Positions 53,301 through 64,000 of a stretch of DNA of 64,000 nucleotides are shown piece by piece. The position numbers and the translations under genes are program-made. The notes beneath the pieces were generated by a model, which searched no databases, was not told where the DNA came from, and was given only the letters and a program-made list of their open reading frames with translations. Numbering within the stretch: position 1 is the first letter of the stretch; each line of letters opens with the position of its first letter. The stretch is from Styela clava (Eukaryota): positions 14,260,001-14,324,000 of the forward strand of contig NC_135260.1 in the NCBI RefSeq assembly GCF_964204865.1. The letters are read 5' to 3'.

Positions 53301-56300
53301 CATAACTCTTTGGCATAGATTTGGATATGATGCCCAAGTGTGAAATGATGTTTGGCGATAATTCATTTTGGCAATAAGTTCTTTTAATTCGGCGTCGAAG
53401 CCGCAGGCCTCAGAAGATTGTGAATCAGCGCACAGAAGACTTTCTAACGAACTATATTCGTCATGATTTGCTTCTTTTGGCATCTAACAAGGTAAAAATT
53501 TTATGTAGAACTATCGTGTCGAGTTATGGACAAAGAAAAAGGCTAGTTATACTTGCTTAGATATCGTAAGAGTATATATAGAGAGTGGCATTTATCAGCT
53601 TTTGATGACCTAAAATGGGAGAGAGTAATAAACTACTGACGTGTTAAAGATGTGAGCTCTTTTTGATTCAAGTGATCATTCGAGGACAACTGATACGATT
53701 TTCAAAAAAAAGAATGAAATTGTAGGTATACAAATATTTTGTTTGTTTTTCAAATATTTTGCTTTCTTGCAGCTATTATCATTCGACATATAATATGTTA
53801 CCTGTGAGACAGTGCCGGAAGTAACAGTCTCATTTAAAGTTGTAACTGTGCCTGCAGACGGATGAGGCTGTTGGTTTACGCCCCTCGACTTGGTGACTGC
53901 ACTCTCCAAACAAGGATGGTAATCAGATCCAGTTTCATTTTCTTGGACTGGAACCTAAATATGAAAGCATTTGTTTAGGTGTATGATGGAGATTTAAGGT
54001 GACAGAGTCTGAACACAACAGTATTAGCAGCAACGTGGTATGCAATCTTGGTCCCTACAATCAGCCTATACATTATACTATATTTGCATAAACAGCGTTT
54101 TGGAAGCCAAGACAGCAGATCAAAGCTCACACACAATGCAGCATTTTCCCGGCTCTCAAAGGGCCACGCTTTTGACATACAGTCTAGTCCTAGTGGCATC
54201 CATTGAGCAGACGAATGTCTGACAGGTGCGGTAATCGCAATGAGACTCCACGCAAACAACAACTGCTTGCGTCTAATAGATCTGTCGAGAATCATATCTA
54301 TATTTTGTTTTTCCAATACGATCATTCTATTTGTGTTGAGATCATATTTAGTTTCATCCTAACGAGATTGTTGGACAGGAAAGTATAATTGTGACATGTG
54401 TCCCCCCACTATGAATCCGCAGATAAAAAAAAAAGGTTAGGCTTATGGATATGGAGTTTGGTTCCAAACTAGTGAAAAAACAGGAACGAGCACAAAAAGA
54501 CAAACGGACTAGTGGCCGTTTTGCTTTTGACCATTGTTTCTTGGTTGAATGGGCACATTCTTTCATGAGGCATAGGAGATCTCAAGCCCCCGTACGTGAA
54601 GATTACAGCTAGGCTACTCGGAATCCATAAAAAACATGTCTAACATGAAATTAATGCTTAGATTGTCTTGGAGAAAGGTTTACTCGAGTTCGTGACTTAA
54701 GGGATGGGGCGTTAGTTAATGGGCGCGCAGAAATGACGTACGACAAGTATCAATTGCGCCTACAGAATTAAACGTGAAGTAAGACAGAAGTAGGTTTGAT
54801 CATTAGGATAACAGGTATTTTCAGAAGTACAATAAAGAGTAAAGATTTAGGAAGGAGAGTCAGTTTAATACACAATAACCTGCACCCTCTAGTAATTGTT
54901 ACACGCTTGCTCAAATTTAGGACCAGCAGTTTTATAACAACCACGCAAATCCATGCCTAAACTGAGAGTAGGCAAATAGTAAAATTTATCATCTTCAACC
55001 GAGAATTTATCGGCTGGTTGCAAATAAATAGCGGGAAACTTACCGACAAGCCCGTCCCTATTGGCATTATTGAGTAAATGACGTAGTCATATATATATAA
55101 AGAAATTATATAACATATATTTGTTACCTTATTCTTTTTTGCCAGTCGAAAAATTTTCAGGATCCATAACAATCCTGCAAGAAAGCAGTTTAAGGATGTG
55201 GGCGAAGGTCCCGAACCCTCGGAGTTCTTTGAATCCTGCAAAACAAGCAATATTCAGCGATTCTAATGGGTATGGGTATAATTGTGTCTAGAACAGAAGT
55301 GCACTACACAAGGCACGTATGCCCAATGTGGCACCTCGAAGTTCGAACGTGGTTCGTGAACGGTTTAGTAAAAAATAATTCTGACATTTATATTAAATCA
55401 TAATGTTTATTCACACTACGGTAGCAAGGCGTTAGGGTGAAACGTGATTTTTTATATTTACCGCAAATCGCAGTAAAGCGCGTTTGAATCGCGATCATTT
55501 TATTAATCGACACATACCTAGCTCCTTGTTCTATCAGAAACAGTAGCCTAATTAACAAATAGTCTCAATGTCCAATTTGACAACATTTTGTTAACCCTTA
55601 TGAACTTTTCTGTTTCCAAAGTAATATGTAGGCTACCAATCGCTTTCTCAATACTAACACCGAAATGCTTGTATACTTTCGCACTGGATTTTCCTATTGC
55701 GGGCATTCTCAATCATGCAAATTTCAGCTACGGACTTGATTCACGGATGAACATTAGATCAGTTGTTCTCAACCTTTTTTCGGTTTGCGGACTGATGCAA
55801 AAGAAAACAATCCAATTTATTGAGAAATTTGCAGCTGTCTTGTTGATATTACACGTGTTAAACGCGGTTCTAATGAAGTTTCTGCAAGGCGAAGTAGAAC
55901 GTTGACTTCCACATGATTTGGTGAGCTTTGCGGGTTTCATTGCGTTGTTTGGAAGAATTCTGGTGCAGTCTAGGCACATGGGAAGCGGTACTTTTTCGCT
56001 GCTGTGAGCAATAGTGAAACCTAGCTCCAAATACTTCTTATCATACTGCCTAATAAGGTCTTCCTTTCGTTTTTTGCTTGTTTCTTCATGATCCATATCA
56101 ACATTGCTGTAAGGTCGTTTCGGGACATGTTGTAAAGTTGAAGTAGCAGTCTCTTCCTCTATCCTGTCAACATCACTAACTTGGTTTTCACCGCTGGGTT
56201 TCTTTCAGAGAACTGGATAATATTTTGTTGTTTGTTTGCCTCCTTTTTACTAGCAAACATCGCTAAATTATTTGCCCACTGTCAAATTAAGGAACGTGCG

Positions 56301-57677
56301 AACTGCGAAGTTCTCAATCAGGTACCGTACTATGTGCTATCAAACTCCTCCGTTATGAATTTACCCGTCGTTATGAGGTCATAGACTTAACGAACATTCA
56401 GCCGTTCAGGGATTGAAATGGACAGAGCACCTCCAACCAAGTTTGGTTGATAGAAGAATACCGGTACTGCAAATCAATAAGAGTTGGAAAATCTCAGAAT
56501 TAACGGACATGCCGTCAATACTTTGTTAAGAGTGGGATTCAAATTATCAATAGCTGGCGACTTTGTATTTTGAATTTTGTGCACCCTAAAATTAAGGATC
56601 GGTTTACAAACTACCGACAATAACTAAGGTCAGTCAACACCAACATTATTTTTTGAAAATATTAAAAAATCGTTGAGGTACAGTTATCGGAAAAGATTTT
56701 AATATATATATCTTTTATAGTGGACGGGATAATCTCAGTTTTTAAATTTATAAATCCCAAAATTTAGGGTCGGATTGAAAACTATCGACTATAACAGACT
56801 AAAGTTAGATAACACTAATATTTTTTTATTGGAATGAAATTATGATGAAATTATGAAGATATAGTTATCCAGAAAGATTTTAATATGGATTATATTGTGT
56901 ACGAGATTAGGAATTCATCGATGTGTTTGTTATTAAGCGCAAATATTCAGAAAATTATGAAGATACAATTATCCAGAAAGATTTTAATATAGATTCTATT
57001 GTGCGATATGAGAGATTCATCGATGTGTTTGTTATTAAGTGCAAATATTCTCGTTACCGCAATTGAATGCAATGATCTATATATATTAGGAATATCGCAA
57101 CTTCTAATGAAGTCAATGTTTTCCCGAGCATACAGTTCCTCGTTGATACGTGCCCTTTATTGTGCCCACAAATTTATGTGATTGTTAACTGGGCAGAATT
57201 CTGGGTGAGTCAGGGGTCGGCGAAACATGCATTGGACACCTAAGTTTGAGTAACGTTTTCATACGACTAAAGAAGACAAAGTAACGATCATTCTGAATCA
57301 AGCAGCGTCATTCCGGTCATGTGCATTTTCTAATCGAAAGTTCAATGTTTGATTGCTACATTTCGCCCAAGTTTTAAAAATAGTCACATAAGTACATTTA
57401 AAAATGTTCTTAGTTATTTTGAATATTCTAGAGACCAAAACATCTAGGTTTTAACTTCGTTTTATCGTTCACAATTACTTTATATACTCCAGTTCGATTT
57501 CATTAGTAACACTATTTTGCTAGAAATCAGCAAATATTAGAATTTAGCAGTTCATCCTCTCACCTTCTTTTTGGTAATTTTAGACTTGGCTCTCCTTTTG
57601 TTAGAAACCTTTTTACTCGAAGTTCCTTCTTTTCGTGAAATGTCGTTTCCGACGTCCACCTTTTTTCTCAATTTCAT
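42110..57677 (-). CDS. Uncharacterised ~1880-aa largely disordered, Ser/Lys-rich modular protein (copy 1); ~30 exons
   Basis: Hand-built GT-AG, phase-consistent model (5'->3'): 57564-57677, 55128-55235, 53802-53954, 50787-53483, 50406-50534, 49831-49986, 49497-49655, 49092-49232, 48202-48351, 48077-48121, 47747-47860, [47620-47662, 43 nt, out of frame], 47025-47174, 46891-46941, 46476-46631, 46347-46385, 45989-46150, 45490-45630, 45322-45400, 45080-45139, 44727-44849, 44471-44568, 44340-44397, 44104-44166, 43841-43963, 43593-43687, 43236-43302, 42833-42895, 42500-42598, 42110-42165 (TAA). AATAAA at 42077-42082 on the minus strand. Open throughout if the 43-nt exon is skipped. Confidence 0.8.
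50787..53483 (-). CDS. Giant internal exon (2697 nt, 899 codons) of the modular gene
   Basis: The 911-aa ORF is bounded by acceptor TAG at 53484-53486 and donor AAG|GTATTA at 50787/50786, phase 0 at both ends. The last 12 ORF residues are intronic read-through. Confidence 0.9.
51541..51800 (-). repeat. Two-copy 135-nt (45-aa) coding tandem repeat
   Basis: SASWPQLDPVKSLRNLCVPKLDLSLLDSEEEPVIRGRMTM vs SSSWPQLHPVKSVRNLCVPKLDLSQLDSEEEPPIRSRMAM; GGTTCTTCTTC anchors at 51568 and 51703. Confidence 0.92.
53990..54450 (-). mobile_element. Decayed non-LTR retrotransposon RT fragment (CR1/L2-like) in intron 2 of the modular gene
   Basis: Minus-strand fragments in RT order: NRMIVLEK, SDIRL/SMDA, LDCMSKA, IAYHVAANT, resembling YRPIS..LEK, DDIRLAMD, LDLSKAF, YHxYADDT. 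Confidence 0.35.
55760..56460 (-). mobile_element. Internally deleted hAT/Buster (ZBED5/SCAND3-like) transposon
   Basis: Terminus CAGTTGTTCTCAACCTTTTTT at 55760 preceded by CATTAGAT (nnnTAnnn); minus-strand RQYDKKYLELGFT...PLPMCLDCTRILPNNAMKPAKL is the characteristic Buster transposase N-terminal zinc-finger segment; the other terminus is not cleanly recognisable. Confidence 0.8.
56585..57050. repeat. Degenerate intronic tandem repeats (~170-bp pair overlapping a ~105-bp pair)
   Basis: AAAGATTTTAATAT with similar flanks occurs three times (~56690, ~56870, ~56975); 56848-56948 and 56951-57050 are near-identical. Confidence 0.75.
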
Positions 57678-58279
57678 TATTTCTACCCCATGATTAAATG
57701 AGTTTGAAATACAGCGCCTCTCATACAATAATGTATTTTGAAATGGCCTGATTTTATGCGAATTTAATGTAATTATAATTTCATATGTCTTTATGACGTC
57801 ATAAGCGATGTGTTTCCATATTTTGTTAATGGTGCGTTGATTTTGGTATTACTTTATACCGCAGAACATTTTTAGTACAATCACTGAGGTCTATTCATGA
57901 TCATTTGCATCCGCACATTAAACATAGAAGTTAGTTGTCTCGTTTCCTAAAGCATAGAGTATTGCCCGATATAAATAGGTTTAGTATATATCCGAAACCA
58001 TCAAAGAGACAGTACAAAACGGACGAACCCTCATTCGAATTCAAGGCTTGGTAACATTTGGCATTTCTACCATACCCGTGCGGATGAATATCAAACAATT
58101 CAATTAGCTGTATAAGACTCGTTAGAATACTCACAACTGGTCAGTTTTGAAAAAAATAAATAAATAATCTGTATATATCATATATTTAAACCGAAGATTT
58201 GAGTACAAGTACAAGTTCGGGAATTAAAGAAGTACAAGGGATTGCGATATGAAAAAAAAAAAGATTTTTATTTTCGCAA

Positions 58280-58495
58280 ATTTGGATTCACTTCTGACAG
58301 AAGGTTTACAACACCTTCCTTCGTTCGATGTTTCTGATTTGTGTGTGCTTCACTGTCGCCGTGAAATCGTCACCGAGGAGAAAATTAATCGAGTTGTGTC
58401 GAGCATAGTTGGCGGGAAGCGAAGGATGGATTTTTAATCGGGGCGATGTATTTTACTTATTCAAATTGCGTTGTTAATATTTGTTGTTTCAAATA
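58280..58495 (-). promoter_or_regulatory. Candidate promoter and non-coding first exon of the modular gene
   Basis: Locally CG-richer island between copy 2's 3' end and the ATG exon; minus-strand donor GAA|GTGAAT at ~58281; E2F-like TTCCCGCCAA (58409-58418) and CHR-like TTTGAA (58460-58465, 58488-58493). Confidence 0.35.
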
Positions 58496-58593
58496 AAAAG
58501 TTGTTTATTAAAATGGATTTTGTATTCACAAAAAGCCAGCTGAGTTGTTGAATCAGTTTGCTTATTGATAAACTGTTGTTGTCTCGCGCTTGT

Positions 58594-61500
58594 AGCTCAT
58601 AATGAACAAAATGTCGAGGAATGTAGTTGTACATATGATTTCACACCTATCCCAAACAACTCCAAACGAGTGTTTAGTTCACATATAAAAGCAATCTTCA
58701 AAATTATGAAAAATTTTATTTTCAATACATAAAATGCAGGAAAAAATTTAGTCTGCGTTCACGTCTGTCGAAAAGTTCCACGGTGGTTTATATTTGTATC
58801 CGCCTGCATGAAATCATTAACACGTTTCAACGAAAAGAATTTTTTTTTAAATAGTAATAGAATGGTTTTTGAGTTAATCTTATTTCATCTCGTATATTTG
58901 TTTTTACTGTCAGGCCATCTTCACTATATTTAACACAAAATCCAATATCTGCATCCAACAAAACTGTAGTACTAAACGAAATTCAATACTTATCCAGAAA
59001 TATAACCAACCATAGTGGAAGACATTTGAAATATGATATAGAATACATAGAAATAAAGATATCTTTTTAATCGAATGTGCATTAGGCTAATAATTTTATT
59101 CAAATTAATTTGAATAGTAATTACCATCTTCACTTTGTTCCTTTAACTTATCCGCCTTACGTTTGTTGCCAAAGTATGGGATTTGTCTTGGTAGAAATTC
59201 CATGCGATTGACGAATGGTTTTCCTAATAAAATAAATTAATTTGATCAGTTTTCATGAACAACGTCAAAAAATAATAAATTATCATTGAAATAAAATTTT
59301 AGCAAACAAAACCCCTATCTGAGTTTTAAACAGGCGAGCATCTACTTAAAATGACTGAACGGTATTAACTTCATTCATAGAGCGAATCATTAATAAGTAC
59401 ATTAATAAATTGATACATGGGATTGAATAAGATGTGCTTCATCATACCTTTCTGTCTTTTGACAGGCATGCCAAGTCTCGTCTCCAAGTTGGAACTTATT
59501 CCATAATGACCTGAATAATTTTATCTTAAATATTTATTTGTGTTTAACTATCCATTACGAAGAAGTTAATATTCTAAACCAAATCTGGGTAACAATTAAC
59601 AAGAAGTGTTTTATATACTTGGTCGTCCACACTAAATAACTACGGATATACATAAAAATAGCTCTCCATGCAGCATACGAATTGATCGTATCACTGAAAG
59701 TTATACAATTAACAAGTTGGTCTGTGGGCATTTTATTGTATGTATTACTGTTTACTGTAGCCGATTAAAACCTTTCCGTCTAACATCCAATTGTAAGAAA
59801 ATATGTATAACAATTGGCATGTTTACAAGTGGACATAAACAAAATCAAAACGTTTGTCCAATTTCTTTTGTAGAAATCCAATTTTCTGTTTAATCTTGGT
59901 AGTGTTGTCACGTATGACTGAAAATGAGGCCAAAATTAGAAAAGAACTATATACACAAGCTCACATTATTTTATATGATATATATTCGTTCACCAAATCG
60001 CAACAAGTAAGTAATCGCAATAAAACATTTAAATATTTTCATGTTCATAACAGTAACTCTGAAATTCAAACTTAATCTTATATGTATAGTATAAAAAAAT
60101 AAAACCAGTAGCCAGCCAACTTCTTACCAAATGAACTTTTTATAGTTTCAATGATCTTCTGGTGTACCGGCTCAAATAAGTAAAAATAAAAATACCCAAA
60201 AAATTCTTTACCTCGAACGTAGCTTTTTACCTTTTTGGTTTTGTTTTTTCTAATGCAGTAAGAGAAAAATCCCAAAGTGGAGGGCTTTCCTCGTTCGCGG
60301 AACAGTCTAAAATTAAAATGAGCTTTTTAGCTTTTTTCGTTTAAAATTAATTTATCATGTGTTTTTCCGCACGTAATTTTAAGTACAGTATTTGAATTTG
60401 AAAAGCTAACGCACAAGGAAAAGTTCTTAAATTGTTTCATAAAAGCATCATAAATTACCAATTTCTATTTCCTCCATTATTTCTTCATCTTCCTCGTTTT
60501 CCTCGTCCTCTTTTGGCATCATGGCTTCATCCCGACTGCCGTAGTCCTGTTCTGTTATTTGCATGCGATTGTTGAATTTGTCTGGATACAATCAATAAAA
60601 TGAGAGTTCTAATTTATGCTACAGTCACGTAACTATACTTATTACGCTACTATATTAATAAGAATAAATGTGTATGGTTAATTAAAATATACTTGTTATA
60701 CAGGAAACATTACGTATATACCTTTATATCGCTTAATAACTGGCATTCCAGGACTTGGTTTTTGTTCCTCAGGCTCGCGGTGCGATGAAATTATTACCAA
60801 GTATAAGCTTCTATTGCTTCTATGTTATATTATTCCTAGTGTTGTAATAATATTTCTGCATCGGATGTAAGTGCAATCATTTCATATCATAAAGTAGTTT
60901 CCTGAAGTCTTCGAACTTCCTCATTATTAAGAAAACGAAATGAATATTTAAACCAACCCCATTTATGTTTTCCTCTTCGAAAATATCATTCCTCATTTGA
61001 GTGCATTCCTTCTTTCTGAAAAATAATATGGGATTTTGGAAACTATCTCAAAAAATGGAAATAAGAAAAATCCTAATCATTTCTATACCTCGGCCATAGC
61101 TCCTTGTTTGTTCTTCATTGATTTTCTTCTAATCGGAGCAAAAGGAAAATTTCTAAGTCAAAGAATTACATCGTTTGTAGAACAGTCTGAAAATAAAATT
61201 AATATCTAGTTTTCATTCATTTTAATCAACTTATCAAGCGAATCAGATTGTCTAATTCTAAAGAGCTTGAATTTTTCAAGCAAACCTACGGTATGAAAAA
61301 TAGAAAAGTTCAAAAGTTAGCATGAAATTACCAAGATAATTTCTTAAATTACCAATTTCAATTTCCTCCCTTAATTTTTCTTCGTCTTCATCCTCATGAT
61401 TTGTTGAAGTTTTAACTTCTTTTCGCCGACTGCCGTAATTCGGTTTCGGCATTTGAAGGCGATTGTTGATTTTTTCTGGAAGACAATAAGAGCAATAATA

Positions 61501-64000
61501 TTTCGATCTTTCACAGCTGATAGGTGACTGAAAAAAGTGATGATAGTGATATTGAATAATTCAGTTCAAGCCCTGAACAATCAAACAATTTCATTGGCCT
61601 TTTTTTGGACAGGTTACTGTTTTTCCATAAATATTGCTTGAGCAAAATGATAAATATATCAAATTTGAGGTATGCTTGTAATATAATTATATCCTATGTT
61701 ATACCTTCATATCGCCCAACTGGTATTCCAGAATTTGATTTTCCTTTGTCTGGTTTATGGTATACTAAAAATAATGGACAATTGTAATGTTATATTGTTA
61801 CTATATAGAAAGAATTCTGGGGGCATATTGGTAAGTAGACGACTAACGAAAAATAATAATTAACGAGTGTTTCGTCCATTTATTATTTTTTATTTTATTC
61901 GAGATTTTCTCGGCTTGTAAAATTTCTAATGACTGAATGAACCAACCCAATTTCTTTTCTTCTTTGCGGGAATCCATTTTTTCATTTGAATTCTGTGATT
62001 TTGTGAGTTCGGTTCGATTTTTCACCTAGAATTATATTTCATTCCAATATAGTTCATTTAAAATGTTAATAAATGTTAATGCGATATAGTGAAAATATCT
62101 TGAAAAATTGTTATTGTTTTGTTTTTACCTTTTTTGTGGACTTCACTGTCTTCAAACCGTCCATCTGCGATTCCTTCTTAGTCGACCTCTTAGTCGAAGT
62201 TGAAAGTCGTGAATCATGTGCTTTGGTTGAGATTTTATCCATCGAACGGGACTTTTGTTTAACTGTCTGAAATTCTCGAACCTATAGCAGGATAATCATA
62301 ATATATTACATGGATTCAGTTTACTGATAGAATTGTACTAGCCACTATGCTGTTTTGGATATTTTAATTTTTTAATACATGGTTTATTTTCTTGTTCACG
62401 TCAAAGAAAGCTATGCTCTTTTGCAATTTGCTATGCATAGACAGTCAGTATATTTTAATATTCTTATGAGAGTCATATTCACAAATTTCTCATATTTAGG
62501 TACTAGAGCTAGCACAGGGATAATTTAAACAAATCCAATATAGAACGGGCGACCCCTCTTCATTACCATGAGATTATTGGAACGAATCACTACTCTTTAA
62601 GATTGAGTGTTCAATATCTGGACTCGTCTTTTTATACTACCTTGATGATTTTTGTGCAACTCGAAGATTTTTCCACATCGCCCATGTGTGAACCGATCTC
62701 ATCTTCATTGGTACTAGAAGTTGCAAGATTAGGTTCGCTGGAAACTGGGATTGGTTTCGAATTCATTAAACCGTCTTTGCCTTTTCCTCTTTTATTCTTG
62801 GACTGTGGTTAATATATGCAAACAATAAAGCTAAAGCTGGGTCTATGTAAATCACAAAATTAATTCAGATTTAAATTTTTTTGAATATCGCAATACAGCA
62901 AAGCACATATAAATAATTTAAAAGATATGAAATGAATTTGCTTTATATTTTTTCCTTGGTTATAAATTATCGTATTATTATGATAATATCCAACATACAT
63001 TTGTTATAATCTCTTTGGGTGCTTCACCTTTCCTCTTCTTGAGAAAGTTTTTTAACACCTTTATAAAATTAAATAATACGATAAATATGAAAAATATCTT
63101 AAGTCTGGAATGATTTCTTTATTGTACCTTTTTTGTGGTCTTCGCTGTTTTCCCATCGTTCATTTGTGTTTTCATTTTAGTTGTTTTCTTGGTTGAATTT
63201 GGAAGAAGGGAAACGCGTTGTCGGAGTGGAAATTTTCGGACCATGAAACCAAACTTGCGTTCAAATTTCGGCATTTTTTGACCCTATAGCAGGAAAATCA
63301 TATCATAATATTCAATGTACTGACAGAATTGTATAAGACAGTATTTTGGGTATTCAAGTAGCTATGTTGTTGTGTGTTTTGCTAAGCATTGTAAGTCGGT
63401 ATATTTACTTACTTATTCATATTATTGCAGTACAACCTGGCTTCCATTTTTGCCGTATGTGTTTACTGTACCTATTTTCCCTATGTGATGGGTTCCAGTA
63501 TTGTATAGTAAAATACTATTATAATAATAATATATATCATACTGATTTTATATTTCCTTTCGGTACTTTATCTTTCTTCCCCTTCACTTGCTTCTAAAAA
63601 CAATATGATTTACTTAAAAGCATTAAATAATAAATACGGAAAACTTCTAGTATGTGGAATCATCATTTTGTATTACTTTTGACTTCGCTGCCCCCATATC
63701 GTTCATTTGCGATTCCTTGTTAGTTAAACTTTTGTGCGATGCTGGAAGATTTGTTTCGAGTATTTTGCGCGTAATAGAATTTATTGCACGCATCTTGCCA
63801 TCACTTTTCTTCCGAGGTTCTTGATCCTATAATATGAAATCCATATATTAATACTTGTACTGTGGTTAATAAATTCAATCATTGCTGCGTACATCTATAG
63901 GGAATATGATCTGTCGATCAAATGGAAAATCTCATTTAAAACTTGGTTTTGGAATAATAGTAAAGGCCACTCTTCAATATTTGTGTTGCTGTCATATTTG
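58594..64000. repeat. Segmental/tandem duplication, copy B (runs off the window end)
   Basis: Matches 41952-47346; e.g. ORF pairs 43239/59854 and 46694/63346. Confidence 0.97.
58748..63826 (-). pseudogene. 3' part (18 exons) of the duplicate modular gene (copy 2); C-terminally truncated or pseudogenised
   Basis: Same exon series as 42110-47174 but with CGA>TGA (61158-61160), TGG>TGA (60986-60988), CAA>TAA (60227-60229), acceptor CAG>CAT (60785) and donor GT>TT (59850). Exons 61353-63826 remain open. Confidence 0.75.

Noticed and set aside
54567-54903. Possible solo LTR (AATAAA, ends TGTTACA)
   Set aside because: No matching terminal inverted repeat or TSD found.
1-64000. tRNA, rRNA, CRISPR arrays, prokaryote-type operons or defence systems
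   Set aside because: None seen; the window is intron-containing eukaryotic DNA and the periodic repeats are exon/intron modules, not repeat-spacer arrays.

Overview
AT-rich eukaryotic (spliceosomal-intron) genomic DNA, most likely an invertebrate chordate such as an ascidian (inferred from compact introns, base composition and an intronless FLRT gene). Left to right: (1) the 3' five coding exons of a chondroitin sulfate synthase (CHSY1-like, + strand, 526-4300); (2) a transposon-rich stretch with a decayed Mutator-like transposase split by two different hAT/Buster MITEs sitting side by side in one target site, a TIR element with ATTT TSDs, and a possible decayed MYND-finger gene; (3) a single-exon-CDS FLRT-type LRR/FN3 transmembrane gene (- strand, 16679-18760) followed by a ~23 kb gene-poor upstream region; (4) a large minus-strand gene I cannot assign to a family, reconstructed by hand as ~30 exons and ~1880 aa (57677->42110). 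It encodes a largely disordered protein built from duplicated exon modules and packed with short linear motifs (~16 SxSxP[DNQ]L repeats, PKLDLS x3, LSPILEE, KATQT); (5) the 3' end of a head-to-tail duplicate of that gene (unit ~16.6 kb), in which the C-terminal modules carry three nonsense codons and two broken splice sites. All exon models and substitution counts were made by eye; no database search was run.
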